From: Bacteroidales bacterium
GTDB lineage: Bacteria > Bacteroidota > Bacteroidia > Bacteroidales > WCHB1-69
Length of the DNA stretch: 61,123 nt
Assembly (NCBI GenBank): GCA_031286285.1
Contig: JAITUN010000325.1
Span: forward strand, 1-61,123
Reading direction: 5' to 3'
Position numbers and translations under genes: made by a program. This document shows, one piece after another, positions 1-9,473 of the stretch. The notes beneath the pieces are model-generated. The model searched no databases and was not told the origin of the DNA. It saw only the letters and a program-made list of their open reading frames with translations. Every line of letters starts with the position of its first letter. Position 1 is the stretch's first letter.

Positions 1-446
1 GGGGGTAGGGAGGTGGAACTTGGAATTTGAGACAATTTTCTACCATAAATGTCAAAAATCTCCACACTCTTCAATTCCCATTCTCCATTCTCAATCATCA
101 ATTCCCCATCTGTTGGGTTGGGATAGATTTTTACTGCATCAATTTCATTAGTTTCAATTCCAACATCAATGCCTACAATGTTAAAGTCTTTCCATACAGC
201 TGCATTTTTATAGGCTGCAACGGAACCTTTAGGAACTTTTAAAGTGCAATTCTTTTGATATATACCCTGAAATACATCGGAAGGTAAGCCAACAGGCGTA
301 GGGTTGAGATTAGTAAAAGAAGTAAGTGCGTAACAATTAGAAAAAGACATACTTCCATAATTAATCACATTACTACCCATAGAAACAGAAGTTAAACGTT
401 CACACATGGCAAAAGCGCATTGTTCAATATTAGTTAAACTATTAAG
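1..446 (-). pseudogene. 5'-truncated BspA-type leucine-rich-repeat protein with T9SS type A C-terminal domain (runs off the window start)
   Basis: Not in the ORF track. The minus frame is open from 446 (after TAA at 447-449): LNSLTNIEQCAFAMCERLTSVSMGSNVINYGSMSFSNCYALTSF...TLKVPKGSVAAYKNAAVWKDFNI...IYPNPTDGEL...VEIFDIYGRK. It has no signal peptide, and the first ATG (407) falls inside an LRR. Confidence 0.7.
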
Positions 447-462
447 TTAATTATTATCGCTG

Positions 463-470
463 CAAAAATA
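463..470 (-). promoter_or_regulatory. Bacteroidota sigma70 -7 box (TATTTTTG) upstream of the LRR fragment
   Basis: Matches the TAnnTTTG consensus. Confidence 0.55.
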
Positions 471-516
471 TATGAAATTTTAAATTCCAAAGCGTACAAA
501 CAAAGTTCCGTAGGAG

Positions 517-1584
517 TTATTTTATAATAGGTAACTGATATTGACCTTGTTGGTACAGAGGTATAGATACCCAGTCAAAGCTTTTATCAGAATAGATAGT
601 TAATAACCTTACTCCTAAAGGATAATTGTCATTCCATCCGGATGATTCCCCAACTAGAATATTAATAGTTCCATAAGGAAAAACTAAAGATTGCTGGTAA
701 GGTATATGCCAGTGTCCTGAAATCCAAAGGAAAGTGCCATTTTCTACAAATAATTTGAGAATATCCGGTTGTTGAAATGGTGCAATATGAGTCATAGTAA
801 TTACAGGCATATTTTTACTTTGTGCATATTTCAATGCTTCATTTACCCTGGCATAATGTTGATTGTATTCTTCTTTAGGAACATCATCAGGATATAATAA
901 CAAAGACGAATTTGCAGAAATGATAAAAAAATCTTTAATTTCCATCGTAATAAAATCATCGCCAAAAAAAGAGCGATAACGCTGTAATACTTCTGTTGTT
1001 ACCGAATCCGATAAATCATGATTTCCTGGAGTAAACAATATGGGTACCTTGACGTTAGCTACGATTTTCAAGAAATCATCAATTTTGTCATAGGTGTGGA
1101 TCATATCGCCTGCAAGCATTACGATGTCGGGATTAATTTCGTTGATGAGTTGAACTGCTCGAATAGCTGTTTCATCTTTAACATACCCCCATCCTAATTG
1201 AGGATCGCTCCAATGCACTATACGTAATCTTTTCAAAGAAACGACAACGGAACAGGTGTCCGATTTTTCACCCTCCTCTGTAGTAACTGTAATTATTGCA
1301 TTCCCTTTATTTATAGCAGTTACTAAACCCTCATCATTTACGGTAGCAGTTAAAGTGTCACTACTTGTCCAAATTACTCTTTTATTGATAACATTATCAG
1401 GATACAAGGTAGCAATTAACGTTTCCTTTTCGCCGATTTCAAGGATAAGTTCATTTTTATTAAGAATAAGGTTTGATACAAATATAGCTTCAGGATTAGG
1501 TTTTTGGCATGTAGAGAAAAGAAAAACACAAATCGTAAAGATTGTGAACCTTAAGAAAAATGAAAATAATAGAAGATTTTTCAT
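517..1584 (-). CDS. Lipoprotein with Ig-like (Big_2) domain and calcineurin-like metallophosphoesterase
   Basis: Signal peptide ending FSTC; Big_2 signature W-SSD...ATV...G-VTA...G-A-ITVTT; phosphoesterase motifs SDPQLG, GD, PGNHD, TH, GHWH; -7 box TATCTTTG at 1616-1623. Confidence 0.85.
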   Translation of the reverse strand: MKNLLLFSFFLRFTIFTICVFLFSTCQKPNPEAIFVSNLILNKNELILEIGEKETLIATLYPDNVINKRVIWTSSDTLTATVNDEGLVTAINKGNAIITVTTEEGEKSDTCSVVVSLKRLRIVHWSDPQLGWGYVKDETAIRAVQLINEINPDIVMLAGDMIHTYDKIDDFLKIVANVKVPILFTPGNHDLSDSVTTEVLQRYRSFFGDDFITMEIKDFFIISANSSLLLYPDDVPKEEYNQHYARVNEALKYAQSKNMPVITMTHIAPFQQPDILKLFVENGTFLWISGHWHIPYQQSLVFPYGTINILVGESSGWNDNYPLGVRLLTIYSDKSFDWVSIPLYQQGQYQLPIIK

Positions 1585-1715
1585 ATTCTAAAGATTTAAG
1601 TTTGTAAAATTTTGGCAAAGATAATAAAAACTAATCAGAGAAACATTATTGAAAAAGATAATTTCCAACCAACATGAGATTTTCTATTTTTGCAAACCCA
1701 AATTTTGCAAAACCA

Positions 1716-4340
1716 ATGCCCTCATTCCTTACCCACCTTGCAGAAAAAATTGCACAAAAAAGAGAAACCCCTTTAGAAAATACCGTGGTGGTAGTTCCTA
1801 ACAAAAGAGCTGGAAGAGAGTTGCTTCGGAAATTGGCACAGCATTTCACAAAACCTGTTTTTGCACCAAAAATCTTGTCGGTTTATGAATTTATTGAAAG
1901 TTTTTCCAACATAAAAAAAATAGATAACGACGTGCTTTTGTTGCGTCTTTTTGCAAATTACAAAGAAAAAAAGTCGGAAAAAAATGCTGATTTTGCCGCT
2001 TTTCTATCGTGGGCGCCACTCTTTTTAAGCGATATTAATGAGATTGACCTCCACTTGGCAGATGCAAATACCATTTTTTCAAATCTTTCGGAAATTAAAA
2101 CTTTAGAAACATCTTTCGGAAAAGAAAACCTTACCGAAACACAGAAAATTTATTTGAGCTTTTATAACCAACTTGCAGTTTTATATAAAGAGTTTACGGA
2201 AAGTTTGCGCGCTGAAAATGTTGGGTTTGAGGGGATGATTTATAAAGATGCGGTTTGTTTTATTAACCACAAAGGACACGAAGAAAACACAAAGGGTACA
2301 ATGCGTTACGTTTTTGCAGGAATTAATGCGGCTACACCTGCTGAATTGGAACTGTTGCACTATTTTTATTTGCATAAAAATGCTGAATTTTATTTTGATA
2401 TTGACCTCTTTTATGATGAAAAATATGGAAGTTTTATTAATGAAATAAGACAAAAACTGAGAATCTCGGAAATTCCGAAATCGAATTATTATAAAGATAT
2501 TCCCAAAAAAATCTGTGCTATAGGCGCCCCGAAACATACGGCACAAATTTATCAAGCCATTGAGATACTGAACAGTATTGAACAAAAACAGGGAAATCTG
2601 AATGATACGGTACTCGTACTCGCTGATGAATCTTTGCTCCTGCCATTCATTCATGCTTATGATACTGAAAAAACAAATATCACAATGGGATACCCGTTGA
2701 GCGCCACTTTCGCCGCCCAACAACTACTACAACTTATTGACTTTGAAAAACAAAACAACAGATTGCAAAAACCAATTTACCCATTGAAAACGCATGGATT
2801 TGAGTTCCTGAGAAATCTTTTGTTACATTTTCAAACACTTGAAAATAATATTGTTCAGTCTGATGAAAGAAACTATTATTCACTTATTGTTAATATTTTA
2901 GAGGATGTTTCTACATTACTGCGGAACTTTTTTGCTGAAAATTCAACATTGGATTTTGTGATTGTTGAGTTTTTTCTTAAAGAGAAACTGAATTCTACCT
3001 CCATTCCTTTTGCCGGAAATCTAAACGATGGTTTACAAATTATGGGATTGTTGGAAACACGGATGCTTGATTTTAAAAATGTTATCATACTATCCATGAA
3101 TGAAGGGGTTTTACCGAAAGGAAAAGCAACGCCCTCTATGTTGTTGTACGAAATTAAAAGACATTTTGGACTCCCTACCCACCAACAAAAAGATGACATT
3201 TTTGGATACCATTTTTTTAGATTGCTGCAACGTGCCGAAAATGTGTTTCTCATCTACGACAACGAATCTGTAAACACGTTAGCAGAAAAAAGCAGATTTA
3301 TCAACCAGCTGGAGTTTGAAATAAAAAAAATGAACTTTCAAAAAACAATTCAATTTGAAGAAAAAAAGTATGAACTTCGATTTTCATCTCCAAAAAACGA
3401 GACCAAAATCAGCATTGCAAAAACGGGATCTATTTATGAGAAACTAATCCGTTTTAAGTATTCTCCAACATCGTTAAATACTTATATTCAATGCCCTTTG
3501 CAATTTTATTTTAGATTTATTGAAGAGATTACAATTCCAAGAACTTTTGACCAAACCAATGAAAGCGCAGTTATCGGGACGGTGATTCATAAAGTTTTGG
3601 AGGAGATTTTTAAGGAGTTAAAGGAGAATCCTGCACAATTTACTGCCATTTTGTCGAAATATGAAAATAATATGGATGATGTGCTGCCGCTTGTATTTCG
3701 CGCCCAACCGGAAATTGGAAATGAAGATATTACGAAAGGTAAATTGTATTTAGCCTATAAAATTGCACAAAAAAGCATTATAGATTACATTAAAGTAGTT
3801 CAAAAAGAATGGGAAATTTCCCCTTTCCAAATTATCTCTACAGAAACTCCAATAGCTGCTGAAATAGAAGTTGATGAAAATAAATTACGCTTTAAAGGAA
3901 CAGCAGACCGCATTGAGATGCGCGATAATAAAGTTACCATTTTAGATTACAAAACAGGAAAAGTGGATGCGAAAAAACTGCAATGTATAACCGAAGATTT
4001 TGCAACTGTTTTTTCCGAACCGGAAAAATCTCAACTCTTTCAACTTTTGTGTTACACTTATCTATATCAACACAGCGATCTTTCTTCTTTGGTTTCAACC
4101 GATGAGATTCAATGTGGAATTATTGCATTTCAGGAACTGTACAAACAGAACGAAGCGTATATTTGCTACGCCCAAATAGATAAAAATCAAGTGTTAACCC
4201 ATGAGGTTTTACAGATGTTTGAAGAGCATCTAAAACAACTCTTTTCAGCTATTTTAGATAAAAAAACTCCATTTCTTCAATCCAAAGACCCTGAAAAAAC
4301 CTGTGTCTATTGTGATTATAAGGGGATTTGTAATTTGTAA
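1716..4340 (+). CDS. AddB/RexB-like protein: degenerate helicase plus C-terminal Fe-S PD-(D/E)XK nuclease
   Basis: VVPNKRAG, LQIMGLLETRMLDF, SPTSLNTYIQCP, GTADRIE...LDYKTG, FQL..Y, CVYCDYKGIC. Start moved to ATG 1716 because the -7 box TATTTTTG (1685-1692) lies inside the longer ORF. Confidence 0.85.
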   Translation: MPSFLTHLAEKIAQKRETPLENTVVVVPNKRAGRELLRKLAQHFTKPVFAPKILSVYEFIESFSNIKKIDNDVLLLRLFANYKEKKSEKNADFAAFLSWAPLFLSDINEIDLHLADANTIFSNLSEIKTLETSFGKENLTETQKIYLSFYNQLAVLYKEFTESLRAENVGFEGMIYKDAVCFINHKGHEENTKGTMRYVFAGINAATPAELELLHYFYLHKNAEFYFDIDLFYDEKYGSFINEIRQKLRISEIPKSNYYKDIPKKICAIGAPKHTAQIYQAIEILNSIEQKQGNLNDTVLVLADESLLLPFIHAYDTEKTNITMGYPLSATFAAQQLLQLIDFEKQNNRLQKPIYPLKTHGFEFLRNLLLHFQTLENNIVQSDERNYYSLIVNILEDVSTLLRNFFAENSTLDFVIVEFFLKEKLNSTSIPFAGNLNDGLQIMGLLETRMLDFKNVIILSMNEGVLPKGKATPSMLLYEIKRHFGLPTHQQKDDIFGYHFFRLLQRAENVFLIYDNESVNTLAEKSRFINQLEFEIKKMNFQKTIQFEEKKYELRFSSPKNETKISIAKTGSIYEKLIRFKYSPTSLNTYIQCPLQFYFRFIEEITIPRTFDQTNESAVIGTVIHKVLEEIFKELKENPAQFTAILSKYENNMDDVLPLVFRAQPEIGNEDITKGKLYLAYKIAQKSIIDYIKVVQKEWEISPFQIISTETPIAAEIEVDENKLRFKGTADRIEMRDNKVTILDYKTGKVDAKKLQCITEDFATVFSEPEKSQLFQLLCYTYLYQHSDLSSLVSTDEIQCGIIAFQELYKQNEAYICYAQIDKNQVLTHEVLQMFEEHLKQLFSAILDKKTPFLQSKDPEKTCVYCDYKGICNL
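2266..2301 (+). repeat. Solo arm of the CACAAAG-type (9-mer based) repeat element, in frame inside the AddB-like gene
   Basis: ACCACAAAGGACACGAAGAAAACACAAAGGGTACAA closely matches the reverse complement of the hydF element right arm (ACCACAAAGGACACAAAGTGTTTTCACAAAGGACACAAAG). Confidence 0.75.
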
Positions 4341-4412
4341 AATAGTATATCTTTGCGAAAAATTTCGTTGCGATTTTTTTCGCAATAGCAAGTATCTATA
4401 TTATAATCTTTT

Positions 4413-5504
4413 ATGACAAATCCATTCAAATTTGGCACCATCGTTTCCGAAGATTTTTTCACGAACCGGCAGGTAGAATGTCAAAAATTATCCCAAATTA
4501 TTGCAAGTAGCAATCATGTTATTATGATTGCACCGCGCAGATTTGGTAAAACAAGTTTGGTAAACAAAGTAGTAACTCAAACAAAAAGACCGGTATTGTG
4601 GTTAGATTTACAACTTATTACCAATGTTAGTGATTTTGCTATTCAACTCATGAAACAACTTTTCAAAAAATATCCTTTTGAAAGATTGAAATTTTTGATA
4701 AGCCATTTCAGAATTGTTCCTTCGTTATCAATACATCCCATAACCAACAATGTAGAAATTGCTTTTGAACCCCGTGTGGATAGTTTTGTACATTTGGAAG
4801 ATGTGCTCAATCTCATAGAAAAGTTAGGTGAAGAGCGGGCGCGTCCTATAGTGGTATTTGATGAATTTCAAGAATTAATATCATTGGAAAAATCGTTGGA
4901 TAAGCGTTTGCGTTCTGTGATTCAGTTTCATAAAAACATTAATTATCTTTTCCTTGGAAGCGCAGAATCTTTAATGAAACAAATTTTTGAAAATAAAAAA
5001 TCCCCTTTTTATCATTTTGGGCAATTATTCACTTTGGATAAAATCCCATATCATGATTTTTACAATTTCCTTATTACCCATTTTGAAGTTTTATCTGACA
5101 ATGCTAATGAAATAACAGAGAAAATCTTAGAGTTTTCGAACTGCCATCCCTATTATACACAACAATTGGCGTTTCATATCTGGTTGACATTAGAACATGG
5201 TAATTATTCGGATGATATTATAGAAACCATCGTAGATTACATTATTTTACTGCATAACAATGATTTTGAAAGGTTATGGAATACTTTTAACAATACTGAT
5301 AAAAGAGTATTGATTGAAATAGCATTTGAACAAACAAACCTGTTATCAACTTCAGTATCATACAAAAATGGAAGTTCTACAAGTACTATTTATAGCGCAT
5401 TAAAACGATTAACAGAAAAGGGTATTTTGATTAAAACAGACAAATACGAAATTGATGATCCTTTTTTTAAAAATTGGATTATTAAAAAACGTTCAACTTC
5501 TTAA
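4413..5504 (+). CDS. Archaeal-type AAA/P-loop ATPase with C-terminal winged helix
   Basis: NPFKFG N-terminus, F.NRQ.E, Walker A APRRFGKT, Walker B VVFDEFQ, FLGS, HPYYTQ, terminal Y-I-DPFF-W; -7 box at 4348-4355. Confidence 0.8.
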   Translation: MTNPFKFGTIVSEDFFTNRQVECQKLSQIIASSNHVIMIAPRRFGKTSLVNKVVTQTKRPVLWLDLQLITNVSDFAIQLMKQLFKKYPFERLKFLISHFRIVPSLSIHPITNNVEIAFEPRVDSFVHLEDVLNLIEKLGEERARPIVVFDEFQELISLEKSLDKRLRSVIQFHKNINYLFLGSAESLMKQIFENKKSPFYHFGQLFTLDKIPYHDFYNFLITHFEVLSDNANEITEKILEFSNCHPYYTQQLAFHIWLTLEHGNYSDDIIETIVDYIILLHNNDFERLWNTFNNTDKRVLIEIAFEQTNLLSTSVSYKNGSSTSTIYSALKRLTEKGILIKTDKYEIDDPFFKNWIIKKRSTS

Positions 5505-5507
5505 ACC

Positions 5508-5538
5508 TTAAATTATTAAATTATTAAATTTTTAAATA
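5508..5538. repeat. Octamer tandem (TTAAATTA/TTAAATTT) filling the ATPase-hydF gap
   Basis: ttaaatta ttaaatta ttaaattt ttaaata read directly from the sequence. Confidence 0.55.
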
Positions 5539-5539
5539 A

Positions 5540-6817
5540 ATGATAAACTCAAAACCCCACATCGGTATTTTCGGGCGGCGCAACAACGGGAAAAGCGCGC
5601 TCATCAATGCACTTACCGGACAAGAGATTGCTATCGTATCTGATGTTCCCGGCACTACCACCGACCCCGTAAAAAAAAGTATGGAGATCTTCGGCATCGG
5701 TCCTGTTGTCCTCATTGATACTGCCGGACTGGACGACGAAAACGAACTGGGGAAAAAACGAGTGGAAAAGACTGAAAACGTGCTGAAACAGATTGATTTG
5801 GCAATCCTTGTGCTTACCAACTACCAATTTGAGGAGATTGAAGAAAAACTGACAGGTAAACTTCGTACGTTGGATACGCCCTTTGTCATCGTTAATAATA
5901 AATCGGATATTACTGCTCCAAAAGATGTTATTATTGAAAACGAAACTGTTATTTCTTTAAGTGCAAAAACAGGAGATGGGCTTCCCGAATTGATAGAAAG
6001 TCTTAAACAAAAGATGCCCGTTTCTGCATATCAAACCCATTCATTATTGGAAGGGATTGTAAAAGAAAACGATACCGTGCTGCTCATTACCCCCATTGAC
6101 AGCGAAGCGCCGGAAGGGAGGCTGATTTTACCGCAAGTACAAACCATCCGCGCCATTTTAGACCAAAACGCGGTTGCAGTGGTTCTAAAGGAGGATAAGA
6201 TACGATCATTCTTTAAGTCAAAAAAAATAACCGCAAAGAGCGCAGAGAGTTTACGCAAAGAGCGCAAAGGGTTAACATTCTTTGTGTCCTTTGTGAAAAC
6301 ACTTTGTGTCCTTTGTGGTAAAAAAAAATCAAGTCAGATAGATTTAGTAATTACCGACAGCCAGGTGTTTAAAATGGTGGCACCGCTCGTTCCGCCGGAG
6401 ATCCCCCTTACCAGTTTCAGTATTTTATTGGCAAGATTCAAAGGTGATTATGAGAACTATCTAAAAGGCACTCCCCAAATAGAAAATCTAAAGGATGGCG
6501 ATTCGGTGCTCATCATGGAGTCGTGCACCCATCTTACCTCCTGCGAAGATATTGGACGCGTGAAGATTCCGAAATGGCTTACCGAATATACAGGGAAAAC
6601 CTTACATTTTGATTTTGTTTCAGGATTAACACCCATAGAAAACATGGAGAAATACGCATTGGTTGTGCAGTGTGGCGGCTGCATGATTACCAAAAAACAA
6701 CTCCTTAATCGGCTAAAACCGGCAGTAGATGCCGGCATTCCCATAACCAACTATGGAATGTTGATTGCATTCATTGAGGGGATTTTTGAACGAGCGACTG
6801 AAAAGATATATGAATAA
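5540..6817 (+). CDS. hydF: [FeFe]-hydrogenase H-cluster maturation GTPase HydF, carrying an in-frame insertion
   Basis: HIGIFGRRNNGKS, GTTTDPV, DTAG, NKSD, PID..AP.GRLILPQVQ, VITDSQ, ESCTH...EDIGRVKIP...QCGGCM, TNYG. Confidence 0.95.
   Translation: MINSKPHIGIFGRRNNGKSALINALTGQEIAIVSDVPGTTTDPVKKSMEIFGIGPVVLIDTAGLDDENELGKKRVEKTENVLKQIDLAILVLTNYQFEEIEEKLTGKLRTLDTPFVIVNNKSDITAPKDVIIENETVISLSAKTGDGLPELIESLKQKMPVSAYQTHSLLEGIVKENDTVLLITPIDSEAPEGRLILPQVQTIRAILDQNAVAVVLKEDKIRSFFKSKKITAKSAESLRKERKGLTFFVSFVKTLCVLCGKKKSSQIDLVITDSQVFKMVAPLVPPEIPLTSFSILLARFKGDYENYLKGTPQIENLKDGDSVLIMESCTHLTSCEDIGRVKIPKWLTEYTGKTLHFDFVSGLTPIENMEKYALVVQCGGCMITKKQLLNRLKPAVDAGIPITNYGMLIAFIEGIFERATEKIYE
6230..6319. repeat. 90-bp imperfect palindrome (40-bp arms, 10-nt loop) inside hydF
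   Basis: Arms 6230-6269 and 6280-6319: 29/40 Watson-Crick pairs plus 7 G-T pairs by manual alignment. Built from CGCAAAGAG/CACAAAGGA 9-mers and flanked by A-tracts. Confidence 0.9.
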
Positions 6818-6845
6818 CAAACTTCGGAATAGAACTTGCTTTCTA

Positions 6846-9473
6846 TTAATAGTTTTGGTTTGAACCACCTCCTCTTAATATCATCACAATTCCACTGAGA
6901 AATCTCTTTTTTATTCCTTCCAACGAAAATAAATAGACATCACAGCCATAATAATAAGTTCCTTCAGGGAGATCACGACCTGTTTTTTCATCTTTTCCAT
7001 CCCAGTTAATATCAGGGTTTTCTGTTTTAAAAACCCGCTTTCCCCATCGGTCATGAACCTCTAAATCAATTTTTTTCACATTAATATTTGTGCCATCAAA
7101 AGGTACCCATGTATCGTTTATGCCGTCGCCGTCAGGTGTAAACACATTGGGCAATGAATAAGTTCTACATTGGTCAATATCAATGCAATGTTTTGGCGTC
7201 ATTTCTGTACAATTGCCTGCTTCATCTTTGATAATCATCGCATAACAACCTATTGCCGAAGGGAGATTTTGAATAATATAATAACAAGGACAAGAAGATG
7301 GCCAACAACTATCTACATTAGAAAAAAGGAAAGAATCAATGCAAGAGAAAGGGGTTTGATAATTGGGTTGGTAATAGATATAATATTGATATGCATCTAA
7401 GTAGGAAACAGAATCGGGAAAAACCCACCAAAAAGTAACATTTTCACAATCGGTGGTTATATACGTTGTATCAGGCATATTAGGCGGAATATTGTCCACC
7501 GGTACTCCGCATCGTTTTTGGGAACGATTATAAAGTGGCATCACAGTGTCCGGAATCGTGTATTGCCCCACAGATTTTACATAATAACAATAATTTATGC
7601 CATTGTATACTTCAATATCATCATAAAAATTGTACTCGGTTGTATTAATGGAATCGAACTGTTGGGAGTTTTCGTCGCTACGATAAATAATATAGTCAAT
7701 ATTTTTCCAAGGGACATCCTCATTCCATGATAATTTCAATTTTTTGTCTGTTTCTTCAATTTTCAAGAAGATAGAAGAAGCAGGGTCTGAGTTTTCAATA
7801 TGTACTCTATCACCTGACTTATTTTCTCCCCAAAATTCTATCTGATAAAAATACTGAATCTCTTTAGTATTTAACGATTTATCAATAAATGAAGTGTCTC
7901 GCAATGAAAAAGTTGAAGCAACATATTTAAAATTATTTTTATCATTTGGAGATCGAAATATTTTATATTCAAAATTTGGTCCGGGGAAAATGGTAGTATC
8001 TATTTCCGGTGGAGGGATCCAGGCAACAGCAATTTCTCCGTTACTTTCAGAAGTTTGCATTACATCTACTTTGGAAATCATAGGGGCATCAGTAACAATA
8101 GCAGCACAAGTTTCGTTGGAGACAATACTTTCAGCTCCGTCACTAAAAACTGCAATAATTCGATAGCAGTATTCGCGGCCGTGCGTCAGTGGAGTTACAG
8201 ATCCGTTATCAACATACTCAGTATTTGAAGCATTTGTTTTTGCTAAAAGTTGAAATCTTTCCGAATAGGGGATACCGGTTTCACAAAAATCGGGTTCAAA
8301 ATGAGAAGAATCTGTTTTCCTATAGATATGTATTTCTGTTGCATTCAAACAACAATAATTATCCCATCGTAAAATAATAGAATTTAAAATAGGAAATGAG
8401 GTTAAATTCTGCGGAGCGGGAGCAATCACTTTAATATTAACTGTTTTAAAAGCCGTCAAGTTTACTTGGGGTCCATTATCTGTGGCTTTAAGCACTATTT
8501 GATAAGGAGATTTTTTGATATGTTCGCAAACTGTTTGCCAGATAAAATTGGTTTCTAATGTTGGTTTTCCGGACACATTCACAGGTATTGCGGGCGAAGT
8601 TGCGGTCATAAAAGGCGCACCGGTAGCCGTAAGCGTTACTTGTGTAGATATTGTATCTTTTACTGTAATATCTAATAAAATTAGATTTCCGGAGACAACA
8701 CAAGTGTCGTTGCATAAAATTTGAGGCGGTCTATTGTTACAAGCCGAAATAGTAATTTGTAAATCACGCACTATACTTCCTATAAACTGCCCTCTTCTAT
8801 ATTCGGAAATCAGAATTGCAACATTATACTCACCCTGAATAATTGGGGTTTCCCAAATTAAGTCGCCTGTAATTTCATCAATAGTAATATATTGTGAAGC
8901 TTGAGGGAGTCGGTACCCCGGAATAGGAAGCCCATCCATTCCGCGACAATCAACCAATTTGTAAGATAATGAATCGCCGTCAGGGTCATAAGCACCCACA
9001 TTGTGATAATATGTAACTCCCACACAGCCATTATCTAAAGGCGGATTTAATAATTGAACCGAATTATTGTATCCCAAAAAAGGATTAATAACCACTATAG
9101 TTTCAATAAAAAACGGAATATTTACTGAATTTGGGATGTTTATAATTCCGGCATTTCGGTTTGGATCTTCAAATGTAACGGAAAAGATGCCTGAGGAAGA
9201 AAAAGTGTGTGTGGCAACATAGGTGTTTTTAGAAATATCAGGTGCAACAGAGATTTTAGAAAGCCGTTGAATAGTGCTACTTGAATTGTCACCCCAAAAC
9301 ACTTCGATTTCAGGTCTATCTGCCGGACTTGGAGTGTATGTATAGGTAATAATTGTAAATTTGTATGTTAATCCGCTTTGATGTTCATATGTGATTTCGC
9401 CTGCCCGTTGATGTGTAGCGAAACCGGCATTCCAAAGTAAAATGAACCCCAAAAATAGTAATAGTTTACGCAT
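6846..9473 (-). CDS. T9SS cargo with gliding-motility-associated (type B, CHU_C-like) C-terminal domain and FN3-like repeats
   Basis: Signal peptide MRKLLLFLG...AGFA-THQRAGEITY; DPDGDSLSY; C-terminal LPNVFTPDGDGIND...DRWGK.VF...WDGK...GTYYY. Start at ATG 9473. Confidence 0.85.
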   Translation of the reverse strand: MRKLLLFLGFILLWNAGFATHQRAGEITYEHQSGLTYKFTIITYTYTPSPADRPEIEVFWGDNSSSTIQRLSKISVAPDISKNTYVATHTFSSSGIFSVTFEDPNRNAGIINIPNSVNIPFFIETIVVINPFLGYNNSVQLLNPPLDNGCVGVTYYHNVGAYDPDGDSLSYKLVDCRGMDGLPIPGYRLPQASQYITIDEITGDLIWETPIIQGEYNVAILISEYRRGQFIGSIVRDLQITISACNNRPPQILCNDTCVVSGNLILLDITVKDTISTQVTLTATGAPFMTATSPAIPVNVSGKPTLETNFIWQTVCEHIKKSPYQIVLKATDNGPQVNLTAFKTVNIKVIAPAPQNLTSFPILNSIILRWDNYCCLNATEIHIYRKTDSSHFEPDFCETGIPYSERFQLLAKTNASNTEYVDNGSVTPLTHGREYCYRIIAVFSDGAESIVSNETCAAIVTDAPMISKVDVMQTSESNGEIAVAWIPPPEIDTTIFPGPNFEYKIFRSPNDKNNFKYVASTFSLRDTSFIDKSLNTKEIQYFYQIEFWGENKSGDRVHIENSDPASSIFLKIEETDKKLKLSWNEDVPWKNIDYIIYRSDENSQQFDSINTTEYNFYDDIEVYNGINYCYYVKSVGQYTIPDTVMPLYNRSQKRCGVPVDNIPPNMPDTTYITTDCENVTFWWVFPDSVSYLDAYQYYIYYQPNYQTPFSCIDSFLFSNVDSCWPSSCPCYYIIQNLPSAIGCYAMIIKDEAGNCTEMTPKHCIDIDQCRTYSLPNVFTPDGDGINDTWVPFDGTNINVKKIDLEVHDRWGKRVFKTENPDINWDGKDEKTGRDLPEGTYYYGCDVYLFSLEGIKKRFLSGIVMILRGGGSNQNY

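Noticed and set aside
3460-4340. Cas4-like Fe-S nuclease motifs suggesting CRISPR adaptation
   Set aside because: They are the C-terminus of a long AddB-like protein; no cas genes or repeat-spacer array are in the window.
6215-6336. AAGTCA on both sides of the hydF element as a target-site duplication
   Set aside because: The copies are 116 bp apart (not a multiple of 3), so precise excision would frameshift hydF; cannot be supported as a clean TSD.
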